Source: a virus
Lineage: Duplodnaviria; Caudoviricetes
Length of the DNA stretch: 47,891 nucleotides
Direction: 5' to 3' (one strand)
IMG/VR virus record: IMGVR_UViG_3300043493_000024
Location: 1-47,891 of that record
How positions within the stretch are numbered: the first letter of the stretch is position 1; every line of letters begins with the position of its first letter. The notes below the pieces were generated by a model. The model was not told where the DNA came from and searched no databases. It saw only the letters and a list, made by a program, of their open reading frames with translations. The position numbers were made by a program, and so were the translations under genes. Below, piece by piece: positions 8,359-16,734 of the stretch.

Positions 8359-8943
8359 ATGTACGGACGCAGACGCAAACTCACTGCCGAAGAAACCGCT
8401 GCTAACACTGTTAGGCGCGAGGCACGCAAACAAGCTGCTATGACGTGCCAGTGTTGCGCTCGTAAGCATCTTGCTAACGGTGGTGTAATTGCACATCATG
8501 GCTATCAGCGGCCGTATGAAGGCTGGCAAACTGCTTCTTGTATGGGAGCGCGTGAACTGCCGTTTGAAGTTGACCGGGATTGCCTTGCGGTAATGATCGC
8601 TGCATTGAAACGGCAAAAAGAGCGCATGATTGTTGCGCGTGCCGCAATCGAGAATGAGACTGTTGAATTAACGCTAAGTTACGTGGTCCATGCCGGGTAT
8701 GGCAAGCGTGAAGAAAAATCTTTGAAAGTTACTCGCGCGACTTGGGACGCAGTACGGGCGGAAAATCTAATGATCTTTAGTCGGCATTTGTGGAGCAGTT
8801 TCGACACTAGGAAATCGCTTGCACTTATGATCCGCGATAGTAAAATCAGGTTCATTGCCAGCGATATAGCTGCGCAAGAAAAGCGGTATGCTGGATGGAA
8901 ACAGACCCATAAGCGCGAAAATGACCAATGGGTGAAGCTGTAA
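8359..8943 (+). CDS. Early hypothetical protein with a putative Zn-finger
   Basis: TCQCC...IAHHGYQRP...TASCMG. Confidence 0.75.
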   Translation: MYGRRRKLTAEETAANTVRREARKQAAMTCQCCARKHLANGGVIAHHGYQRPYEGWQTASCMGARELPFEVDRDCLAVMIAALKRQKERMIVARAAIENETVELTLSYVVHAGYGKREEKSLKVTRATWDAVRAENLMIFSRHLWSSFDTRKSLALMIRDSKIRFIASDIAAQEKRYAGWKQTHKRENDQWVKL

Positions 8944-9002
8944 CAATTCGTGATAATAGAAAGTGATACGACTGTTGACATTGTTTGAAATGTTGCTATG
9001 GT
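8941..9002 (+). promoter_or_regulatory. Early promoter repeat P3
   Basis: TTGACA(8975)-N16-TATGGT; near-identical to the P1 block. Confidence 0.8.
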
Positions 9003-9045
9003 GATGTTTACGGCAATGACGCCGCAGCAACCGGGAGCTACGCCA

Positions 9046-9273
9046 ATGTTTACTCGCCAGCAAATCGACGCGATCAAAGTAGGCACGATGATTGCGCAAG
9101 GCATTGATGGTCGTTTTGGCGAAGCAACTGCGGTAACTAGCATTCATGCGAAACAAGATGATATTCACGGTAAGTTGTTTGTTTGCGGTTATCGGCAGTA
9201 CGGTGACAATGCGCAGATGAGTTTTTCCGTGAAAGAGGGCGAAGATGGTCGGTTTATTCGGATAGGAGGATAA
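9046..9273 (+). CDS. Small early hypothetical protein
   Basis: ATG 9046 with GGGAG RBS, downstream of P3. Confidence 0.7.
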   Translation: MFTRQQIDAIKVGTMIAQGIDGRFGEATAVTSIHAKQDDIHGKLFVCGYRQYGDNAQMSFSVKEGEDGRFIRIGG

Positions 9274-9278
9274 CGGCA

Positions 9279-9470
9279 ATGAACAGCTTGCCAAGCTATG
9301 TTGCTGCGGTGGTCGAATGGTTACGCGAGCGCGGCCATGTGATTAACTACCGACAAAATCAACACGGGAGCTACCGTTACAAGTTGGACGGTTCGCGCGA
9401 GCCGAAACATTGGACAATGCACAGCGATGGTGCGAACAAGAGGCTAGCGTGTAATGTGGGGCACAATTAA
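9279..9470 (+). CDS. Small hypothetical protein
   Basis: AGGAGG RBS. Confidence 0.6.
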   Translation: MNSLPSYVAAVVEWLRERGHVINYRQNQHGSYRYKLDGSREPKHWTMHSDGANKRLACNVGHN

Positions 9471-9785
9471 ATCATCTTGGCGCGGTTCGCTCTTTCCGCC
9501 TAGACAGCATGACGCGCATGTGCAATGTTGGCGATGGTGGAAAGAGCTACAGCAAGCCGATGCACGCGGGCGTAATGCAAATGAATATGTGCGATATTTG
9601 GAAAAGGTAGTGTAATGGAAAAATTTTTAGGATGGTCTGCTTGTTTAAGACTTATTCAAAATATTCAAGGTGCGTTGAATACGCAAGAATCAGGTGATGC
9701 GCTTATTGAAGTTGCGCGCAATGCACATCGCGCGGAACAAGAGTTAGCAGCATTGAAGGTAAAAGAAAATGACCGCAACAGTTAA
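9454..9785 (+). CDS. Two coupled micro-ORFs (9454-9615, 53 aa; 9615-9785, 56 aa), not in the ORF track
   Basis: Manual translation MWGTIKSSWRGSLF... and MEKFLGWSACLRL...; TAATG coupling; they fill the gap. Confidence 0.45.
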
Positions 9786-9981
9786 GCGCAAATTCGGACG
9801 CACTCGCGACACTGAAAGCAGCGTTATGGCGGAAGGTCACGTTGCGCCGTTTAGCTTCTACGATCCTGCTACCGGCTTGCAGCTTGGCTTTGACGTGGTA
9901 GTGGATCAACCACCTAACAAGTCAATTCGAGTGGTACTCTCGCGCGAAAGTGCTTGCGAGCTAAGTGCAGGCATGGGTTAA
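9769..9981 (+). CDS. Hypothetical protein
   Basis: Plus-strand ORF with an RBS-like sequence. Confidence 0.5.
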   Translation: MTATVKRKFGRTRDTESSVMAEGHVAPFSFYDPATGLQLGFDVVVDQPPNKSIRVVLSRESACELSAGMG

Positions 9982-10039
9982 GATGGAACGTGATAATGAT
10001 TCGTTGCCAACGATGGCAGTTTGAAAGGGAGCTAGGAAC

Positions 10040-10261
10040 ATGGCAAAGCGAACATTACGTGAAAAATTTGAAATTGCATTAAAAGATATGGGGGAAATGT
10101 GGTTAGGTGAAACATCGTGCTATGTGAAATACAGTAGAAAAGAAGGCGGATATTATTATCTTGGGCGTGCAGGTGCATTGCGTTATGGTCCCACAATAGC
10201 GGCAAGCGTTCCATGTTCCACAAGATTTCGCGAGGCACTTTTGCGCTTCATTGGTGATTAA
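10040..10261 (+). CDS. Hypothetical protein
   Basis: GGGAG/AGGA RBS. Confidence 0.65.
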   Translation: MAKRTLREKFEIALKDMGEMWLGETSCYVKYSRKEGGYYYLGRAGALRYGPTIAASVPCSTRFREALLRFIGD

Positions 10262-10288
10262 TCATTTGTTAACGAATCACTGCTAGCG
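10258..10288 (+). promoter_or_regulatory. CtrA-type binding site with adjacent GANTC and a GCTA -10-like element
   Basis: TTAA-tcatttg-TTAAC (10258-10273) matches TTAA-N7-TTAAC; GAATC at 10274-10278; GCTAGCGT follows. Confidence 0.6.
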
Positions 10289-10314
10289 TGTTAGCATCAA
10301 CAATGGGGGATGCA

Positions 10315-10443
10315 ATGAAATATCTAATTGAGCCCGAATGGTTTGCGTTGAATGTTGTTAAAGAAGCTGTAGCAGTAGGCACCATTCTTGAAGCTGTGGT
10401 GATTGCGGTTGTGGTTATTTTAATTGTGCTGATAACGCCATGA
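10315..10443 (+). CDS. Membrane micro-protein (42 aa), not in the ORF track
   Basis: MKYLIEPEWFALNVVKEAVAVGTILEAVVIAVVVILIVLITP; GGGGGA RBS; ATGA overlap with the next gene. Confidence 0.6.
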   Translation: MKYLIEPEWFALNVVKEAVAVGTILEAVVIAVVVILIVLITP

Positions 10444-10862
10444 CTGCTTACCCGATTTCTCATATCGTCGGGTTAGATCGTGCTGGCGTGTTCAAGTCGG
10501 TTGGTATACGAACTACCCTAGGTCTGTTAGATCGTGGCGCGCTAGTGCGAGATCGTGTTGCACTTTATGCGTCAATCTTGGCGCGCACATCTGACTTAAC
10601 GCGGGAAATGATCTTGGATTACATAAACGCGGCTGATATTCTTCGGATTAGATTGCTTGGAATAAAATATATCGGGCTGTTGCGAGCTAGCAAGGTGGCA
10701 ACCGTGCGCGAGTTGAAATACAGGAATGCGGACAATCTTTATGACACAATGGCCGCTTGCAACGCTCGCATGGATATGGTAGATTTTTTGCCACCGTTGC
10801 CGCATGTGCGGCGATGGATTGAACATGCGAAGCAACTACCTATAAGGATAACTTACAGATGA
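10440..10862 (+). CDS. DUF4332-like (helix-hairpin-helix-related) protein
   Basis: YPISHIVG...KSVGIRTT..LL...ADILRI...LLRASKVATVRELKYRNADNL...WIEHAKQLP.RITY matches the family as recalled from Rhizobiales. Confidence 0.75.
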   Translation: MTAYPISHIVGLDRAGVFKSVGIRTTLGLLDRGALVRDRVALYASILARTSDLTREMILDYINAADILRIRLLGIKYIGLLRASKVATVRELKYRNADNLYDTMAACNARMDMVDFLPPLPHVRRWIEHAKQLPIRITYR

Positions 10863-11500
10863 CAACACCTAGACCGGATGCTGATTCGCGCTTTCCCACA
10901 ATGTACTGCAAAACGTGTGGCGGTGGTTGGTTGACCTTCACACGATGCAATAAGGATCAATGGAAAGGCGATGATACCGGACCACATTGCGATTTTACGG
11001 GGGAAGGTAAATTAATAAACGATCCCCATGAACCTAACGTGCCGACAGCGCCGAATGCAGATTGCTTCGCGACGTGTTGGACGAAAGAGGATTGTCGATG
11101 GACGGGATGCAAGAAATTGAAAACGCAACCTAGGCAAATTGCCGATGATACAATTGAACAAGGCTTGGCGGCAGTGCCAGCGGAAAAAATATTAGCGCAA
11201 GCACTATTAGGGGGAATGCCTGACTCTTGTTTGCGCGCGTGTTGGACTAAAGATGACTGTATATTGAACGGCTGTAAAAAGTTGCAAGTGTCAGAGCAAG
11301 ATTGTTCCGGCCATGTGGCATCGGCGCATGATCCTAAAATCTGTGGTAGGTGCGGAGTTCATATAGATAGCTTGCGACCGGATGAACAAATTTGTTTTGA
11401 ATGCGGACGCGGGCCTAGTGAGTGTCGTTGCGTTCCTGCCGGTTATTCCGAGGAAAGTGTGGGTAAACTTGACTGGTCAAAATTGGAACCGCCAAAATGA
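10859..11500 (+). CDS. Cys-rich multi-module protein with an internal repeat
   Basis: Many CxxC pairs; repeat CFATCWTKEDCRWTGCKKL / CLRACWTKDDCILNGCKKL. Confidence 0.7.
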   Translation: MTTPRPDADSRFPTMYCKTCGGGWLTFTRCNKDQWKGDDTGPHCDFTGEGKLINDPHEPNVPTAPNADCFATCWTKEDCRWTGCKKLKTQPRQIADDTIEQGLAAVPAEKILAQALLGGMPDSCLRACWTKDDCILNGCKKLQVSEQDCSGHVASAHDPKICGRCGVHIDSLRPDEQICFECGRGPSECRCVPAGYSEESVGKLDWSKLEPPK

Positions 11501-11685
11501 GCGCGCATAAATTATCAACATATCGTGACGAAAATCAGTGGATAACTTATTGTGCCGTGTGTGCGGCGGAAGGGAATGAGTTGCCTACTGATTGCCCCAA
11601 TGTGGTAATTTCGCCACCTATGCGGAAAAAGATAGCTGAAAATAAATTGAACTTTAAGGATGGAATTTGGTTGACAACTGAATGA
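11497..11685 (+). CDS. Small Cys-containing hypothetical protein
   Basis: YCAVCAAEGNELPTDCP; ATGA overlap. Confidence 0.65.
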   Translation: MSAHKLSTYRDENQWITYCAVCAAEGNELPTDCPNVVISPPMRKKIAENKLNFKDGIWLTTE

Positions 11686-11764
11686 TTGCTGATTAGTTTG
11701 TTTTCAAGTCAATGCCGGTTAGTGAGCTACCGGAATTTAGTTCACAAGTGAAAGGGTTAATCCG

Positions 11765-12529
11765 ATGGCACCGAGAAAGAAAGTTTCACAAGCTGCGGCT
11801 GTGAACATGGCGCTTTTGTCGCAAATCGTCGCGGCAAGTGCTGCAAACTCCTTTATTTATACCTCACCTAGCGATCATGCGTCTTTGATCGCGGCGGGAC
11901 TTGTGGAAATCAATCCGGCTGTGCTCAATCCAAATGGTGACGGAAGCATTGCCACACGCTCAACGGATGCAGGCAATGCGGCGGTTGCACAAATGAACGC
12001 TGGTGCGATTGCGGGTGCTTCGGTGCGCAGTAATGTTCCGTCTGCATTCGTGCTTGAAGATGCTGTGGCGATTCCGGTTGTCAAGCGCGGTTTCGCCAAG
12101 CGCGAAGCTACTTATCCCTTTGATGGGATGGGTGTTGGTCAGTCGTTTTTCATTCCATGCACTCTTGATAGGGATGATCCGGCTACTTCGCTCGCGTCAA
12201 CTGTTGCGGCTGCAACGCGACGGTTTGAAACTCCGGTTAATAACCCGGATGGATCGCCCAAGATGGTCACGGCAAAGCGCGCACAACGTGATGCTGACGG
12301 CCATGTTGTGAAGGGTGCGGATGGCAAGATGGTCAAGGTTTCGACCACTGTGCAGGAAATGGCGCGCACTCGTCATTTCCTCATTCGCTCGCGCACTGTT
12401 GCCGATGAAACGAAACCGGGTGAGACACCGGACGTTGTAGTTGCCCGGTTGAAGGCTGTGCGTGCCCCTGCCGCTGGCGCACTTGATGCCAAGTCGATTG
12501 TGGGTGCGCGCGTGTGGCGCGTTGCGTAA
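11765..12529 (+). CDS. Phage protein, putative DNA-binding
   Basis: AGLVEINPA...ATRST, YPFDGMGVGQSFFIP...SLASTV, GARVWRV; resembles the conserved pre-terminase protein recalled from PA73/KL1-like siphoviruses; has its own terminator. Confidence 0.65.
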   Translation: MAPRKKVSQAAAVNMALLSQIVAASAANSFIYTSPSDHASLIAAGLVEINPAVLNPNGDGSIATRSTDAGNAAVAQMNAGAIAGASVRSNVPSAFVLEDAVAIPVVKRGFAKREATYPFDGMGVGQSFFIPCTLDRDDPATSLASTVAAATRRFETPVNNPDGSPKMVTAKRAQRDADGHVVKGADGKMVKVSTTVQEMARTRHFLIRSRTVADETKPGETPDVVVARLKAVRAPAAGALDAKSIVGARVWRVA

Positions 12530-12560
12530 CAGTTGCGTATCGTAGCATATTAGGCGTATG

Positions 12561-12597
12561 GTGGCCGCAGTGATTCGTCGCTGCGGCCACTGTCTTT
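12561..12597 (+). terminator. Intrinsic terminator
   Basis: GTGGCCGCAGTGA-TTCG-TCGCTGCGGCCAC followed by TGTCTTT. Confidence 0.75.
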
Positions 12598-12610
12598 AAG
12601 GGAAAGTGCT

Positions 12611-12802
12611 ATGAACGTTCAACCGGGCCAACACATTATCACGTCGCAAGGCAATGTTGCCATTGTTGCGATGGTGCAGTCAAATGGTGACGTATGGGCA
12701 CATTTGCCCCTAGGATCGTTGCCCGTGCGCGTGCGCGTGCGGGGGGATGCATGGGGCGGTGAGCACGATTTGACGCATGGGTTGCCGTCGCTGTTGAACT
12801 AG
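12611..12802 (+). CDS. Small hypothetical protein
   Basis: AAGGGA RBS; 63 aa. Confidence 0.5.
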   Translation: MNVQPGQHIITSQGNVAIVAMVQSNGDVWAHLPLGSLPVRVRVRGDAWGGEHDLTHGLPSLLN

Positions 12803-12849
12803 GCCATACGGGCGCGGAGTTCGCCAAGTTCGCTGCGCTTGTGTCTTAT

Positions 12850-12882
12850 GCCCCGACCTTGTGTCGGGGCGTTTGACTTTTA
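12850..12882 (+). terminator. Probable intrinsic terminator before the lysis/late region
   Basis: GCCCCGAC-CTTGT-GTCGGGGC followed by GTTTGACTTTT. Confidence 0.6.
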
Positions 12883-12932
12883 TTAGGTCTTGTATTATGG
12901 CCGATGGCTTCCGAATCCGGGAGCCGTATCAT

Positions 12933-13574
12933 ATGCCAATGGTCTATAAAGATAAGTGGCGGGAATACGCGAAGCAATGTGATCGGATGGTAATAAATCC
13001 GAATCGTGTTGCGGAGTTTGAACGTGCTGCAAAATATGCAATTGCAAACAAAGCAATTTATCAGCGTGTCGAGATTGCTACTGGAACACCGTGGCCACTA
13101 ACAGCTTGCGCACATAAGCGCGAGAGTGACGCGCAAGACAAACAAGGCAATCCACTGTTCACGTCATACGTTGGCAATGGTCAACCCTTATGGATACGCA
13201 CAACGATAGTTCCTGAAGATCGTGGTCCGTTCATTACAAAAGAAAAGGCAATGAATGATCACGAAGCATTACTGCTGGCGTTCATTGCAGGTTGCAAGGA
13301 TGCATATCAGATTGATGGATTGATTAAAGTTGTTCCACCATGGCCGCTTGAAAAGTATTTGTTTCATTTGGAACGTTTGAACGGTATCGGGTATCACAAC
13401 AAAGGAATGCCTGCACCATATATATGGGGCGGAACAAACATTCAACAGCCGGGTAAATATGTGCGCGATCATGTTTTTGATGCGACGGTAATGGATACAC
13501 AACTAGGTTGCGCAGGAATGCTCTACATGATAGCAAAATTCGATACAACTTTTCGCTTCACAAGGGAAACATGA
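12933..13574 (+). CDS. Endolysin, lysozyme-like (COG5526-type)
   Basis: YQRVEIATGTPW...AHKRES...GNGQP...LERLNGIGY...PAPYIWGGTN...GKYVRDHVFD...DTQLGCA; start moved to ATG 12933 with GGGAG RBS. Confidence 0.8.
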   Translation: MPMVYKDKWREYAKQCDRMVINPNRVAEFERAAKYAIANKAIYQRVEIATGTPWPLTACAHKRESDAQDKQGNPLFTSYVGNGQPLWIRTTIVPEDRGPFITKEKAMNDHEALLLAFIAGCKDAYQIDGLIKVVPPWPLEKYLFHLERLNGIGYHNKGMPAPYIWGGTNIQQPGKYVRDHVFDATVMDTQLGCAGMLYMIAKFDTTFRFTRET

Positions 13575-14284
13575 CAATGAAAACAATTCTAGCAGTTGTC
13601 GCTATGATACTTGCTCTTGTTGTTGCTATGCCGGTAGCGGCTGCAAGCAAACATAAGAACATTCCATTGCCGCGTCCGAATCCGCTTGTACTTGCGGCAT
13701 TGGATGCAACGCCAGTGTCAACGGTTTCATATACAAAGCCTATTGAAGTTGCGCAAGTTACAAACCCGGACCCATTCAACGTTAAGCGGGAAGGTAATGC
13801 AGTTGTTGTGCAGCCAAGTCCTAATGCTGCTCCGGTGACTGTTCAAACCTCGCCTGTTGGCGATATTCATGAATGGATTAGGACAACGTTGCTAGGGTTA
13901 CTCGCGGCGCTTGCAGGTGCAATTGGTTTGAAGCTACCGGGTAAATTAAGTGGTAGTGCGGAAGCAGTTAGCGGCAATGATAAGAAGGCACATCTTGAAG
14001 CAGTAGCATTGAAGTTGCTCGAATCAGGTGTGCCTAGTCAAGTTGTCGCGGCTGCATTAGGTTTCATTCCTGGCAATGCGGGCTTTGCGGCAATGGAAGA
14101 AAAGGCGTTGAATCGTGCTGCACTTGCGTTGCTTATGCGCAGCGGCACTATTGCGCCTGGGGTTGCTGGTGAAACTGTATTGCAGCCGTCGCATAGTGAT
14201 CTTTCCGGTATAGTGCAAGATGCGTTGAAAAAAATTGACTTCGGCGCATTAATGAAAGATGCACTAGCAAAGCACAACGCATAG
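13571..14284 (+). CDS. Signal-peptide and membrane protein of the lysis cassette
   Basis: MKTILAVVAMILALVVAMPVAAA signal peptide, IPLPRPNP motif, internal hydrophobic helix TTLLGLLAALAGAIGL. Confidence 0.65.
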   Translation: MTMKTILAVVAMILALVVAMPVAAASKHKNIPLPRPNPLVLAALDATPVSTVSYTKPIEVAQVTNPDPFNVKREGNAVVVQPSPNAAPVTVQTSPVGDIHEWIRTTLLGLLAALAGAIGLKLPGKLSGSAEAVSGNDKKAHLEAVALKLLESGVPSQVVAAALGFIPGNAGFAAMEEKALNRAALALLMRSGTIAPGVAGETVLQPSHSDLSGIVQDALKKIDFGALMKDALAKHNA

Positions 14285-14294
14285 GATTCTTAAA

Positions 14295-14939
14295 ATGGAT
14301 ACGGCAGTATGGGTTGCAGCTATTGGTGCAACTGTATCTGTATTTGCTACCTTGGGAGGTCCGCCTTTATTGTTGTACTTAAAATCTCGTAGTGAATCGA
14401 ATGAACGTCATGAACTTGCCGAAGTTAAACGATTAGAAAAAGAACAAGACAACGCGCGACAAGACTTTTTAGCTGACCGCGCGGAACGTAGTGCAAAAGC
14501 ACTCATTGAACAGTCGGCACAAATTGCTAATCGTGTAGCACGCGAGGCAAAAGAAGTTTCTTTACAAGCTGCAAATGCTGTTGAGGAAACGGCGCGAGTA
14601 TTAGAAGAAAATACAAAGGCTGCTACAATTGTTGCTGTAGAAACAAAAGAAGCATTAAGTAAACTTGATAGGGATCAAAAAATTATTCATTCAATTGTTA
14701 ATTCTGGACAAACTGCTTTAATGACTTTGAATTATGAATCAACAAAACGAGAATTAGTATTATTGCGACACGTTGTTGATTTAGATCGCAAAGCGGGACG
14801 TGAACCGACTGTTGACGCTCTTGCTGAAATTGAGGCGGCTGTGCAAAAGATTGCTGAATTAAATGTGGCATTAACTGATAGATTGCGGCAACAAGCTAAC
14901 GTTGATAAAGAAGCTGGACTAGCAAAAGCAAGTGAGTAA
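14295..14939 (+). CDS. N-terminally membrane-anchored coiled-coil protein (holin/spanin candidate)
   Basis: Hydrophobic N-terminus followed by a long charged helical region; position between endolysin and terminase. Confidence 0.55.
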   Translation: MDTAVWVAAIGATVSVFATLGGPPLLLYLKSRSESNERHELAEVKRLEKEQDNARQDFLADRAERSAKALIEQSAQIANRVAREAKEVSLQAANAVEETARVLEENTKAATIVAVETKEALSKLDRDQKIIHSIVNSGQTALMTLNYESTKRELVLLRHVVDLDRKAGREPTVDALAEIEAAVQKIAELNVALTDRLRQQANVDKEAGLAKASE

Positions 14940-14945
14940 ACAATT

Positions 14946-15449
14946 ATGCCTTGGGTTGGTAAAGCACAGTTAGAAACTGATGCGCCGGTTGATTCATGGA
15001 TACCGCGACCATCACACCCTAGTAAGGTGTATAAACCGGAATTTGTCGAGTATGCACGCCATTATTGCAGTTTAGGTGCGATTGATTCGGAGCTAGCAGA
15101 ATTTTTTGGTGTTGCCGTTCAAACTATTGGACAGTGGAAACTTCATTATGAAGCGTTTGGAACGGCTTGCTATGAAGGTGCCGCCGCGAATATCAAACGC
15201 AAAACGGCGCGTGTGAAAGAGGCATTATATAATCGTGCAGTTGGTTACACTTACGATTCAACAAAGTTTTTCTGTAATGATGGCGAAGTTATTACAACTC
15301 CATATTTAGAGCATGTTCCGCCGGATATTAAAGCGTGTACGCTGTGGCTTATCAATAACGACACATGGAAAGACAAAGCAGTTGAACTTACAGGAAGCAA
15401 CAAAGGACCAATTGGGATTACAATTTCCGAGGATGATGCGAAGTTATAA
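14946..15449 (+). CDS. terS: Terminase small subunit
   Basis: HTH LGAIDSELAEFFGVAVQTIGQWK, ALYNRAVGY, HVPPDIKACTLWL; precedes TerL. Confidence 0.85.
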   Translation: MPWVGKAQLETDAPVDSWIPRPSHPSKVYKPEFVEYARHYCSLGAIDSELAEFFGVAVQTIGQWKLHYEAFGTACYEGAAANIKRKTARVKEALYNRAVGYTYDSTKFFCNDGEVITTPYLEHVPPDIKACTLWLINNDTWKDKAVELTGSNKGPIGITISEDDAKL

Positions 15450-16734
15450 TCCCGGTCCTAAACAAATAGCGGCTAGTCGCATGTTAGGTGGTCCCGCGCG
15501 TCATATATTAGGCCGTGGCGGTTCGCGTTCGGGCAAAACCTTTATATTCTGTAGGGCAATAATTATCCGTGCTGTAAAGGCGGACGAATCAACACATGCG
15601 GTTTTTCGCGAGCATTTTAACCATTTGAAACACTCGATTATCTATGACACCATGCCGCAAGTGAAAAAACTTTGTTTCCCACATATCGAGTGGAACCTAA
15701 ATAAATCAGATTGGTTTCATGAATTAACAAACGGTTCGCGTATTGTATATGGTGGTCTTGACGACAAAGAGCGTACTGAAAAGATTTTGGGGCAAGAGCA
15801 TTCAACAATATACTTAAATGAAATTCCGCAAATTAGCTATAGTGCGCGCAACAAGGCAGTTACGCGACTTGCACAGAATAGCGGGCTTGCATTGAAGGCA
15901 TACTATGATTGTAACCCGCCACCTAAATCACATTGGAGTTACAAACTATTTATCAGGAAAGAGGAACCTACTACTGGAATGCCGCTAGAGCATCCTGAAA
16001 ACTACGATACATTTCGATTGAATCCGCGCGACAACTTAGACAACTTACCTGATAGCGTGATACAGGAATTAGAAGCATTGCCGCCAAAAGATCGCTTGCG
16101 ATTTCTTGATGGTGAGTTTGCGGACGCTGTGGAAAATGCGCTATGGTCGTTAGAGCAATTTCAATATGTGCAAGCGCCGAAGTCGGATCAAGAGCGCGAG
16201 AAACTTTTACGGCGCATGAACCGCGTTGTGATTAGTGTTGACCCTTCCGGCTGTGAAGGTGAGGAAGATGAACGCTCAGATGAAATTGGATTATTGGCAG
16301 TCGGTCTTGAAGGCAACCGAGACAACGGCGTCGGCTATATATTGGATGATCGCACAGGGCACTATTCACCTGAAATGTGGGGAAAAGAAGCTGTTAAGAT
16401 GTATGATTATTGGCAGGCTGATACGGTTTTGGGTGAAGTTAATTATGGCGGCGATATGGTTAGGGCTGTTGTACAGGCTGCAAGAGCTAATGTTCCATTC
16501 AAAAAGATTAGTGTTTCGCGCGGGAAGCATATTAGGGCTGCACCTGTAGCGGCTTTGTACTCGAAAAATCGTGTGAAACATTGCGGACGTATGGTCGATT
16601 TAGAAGATGAATATTGCAATTTTGCTACCGATGAATATAAGGGCGAAAAGTCACCTAATCGTGCGGACGCTGCAATAGTTGGTTTAACTGAATTGATGCT
16701 AGATACAAAAACAGGAAGCGCAGGAGTTTGGTAA
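15436..16734 (+). CDS. terL: Terminase large subunit
   Basis: Walker A GGSRSGKT, Walker B IYLNE, DCNP coupling motif, nuclease ISVDPS...SDE...SPNRADA; start likely ATG 15433 or 15436. Confidence 0.92.
   Translation: MRSYNPGPKQIAASRMLGGPARHILGRGGSRSGKTFIFCRAIIIRAVKADESTHAVFREHFNHLKHSIIYDTMPQVKKLCFPHIEWNLNKSDWFHELTNGSRIVYGGLDDKERTEKILGQEHSTIYLNEIPQISYSARNKAVTRLAQNSGLALKAYYDCNPPPKSHWSYKLFIRKEEPTTGMPLEHPENYDTFRLNPRDNLDNLPDSVIQELEALPPKDRLRFLDGEFADAVENALWSLEQFQYVQAPKSDQEREKLLRRMNRVVISVDPSGCEGEEDERSDEIGLLAVGLEGNRDNGVGYILDDRTGHYSPEMWGKEAVKMYDYWQADTVLGEVNYGGDMVRAVVQAARANVPFKKISVSRGKHIRAAPVAALYSKNRVKHCGRMVDLEDEYCNFATDEYKGEKSPNRADAAIVGLTELMLDTKTGSAGVW

Noticed and set aside
12873-12898. TTGACT...TATTAT as a late sigma70 promoter
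   Set aside because: The spacer is only 14 nt
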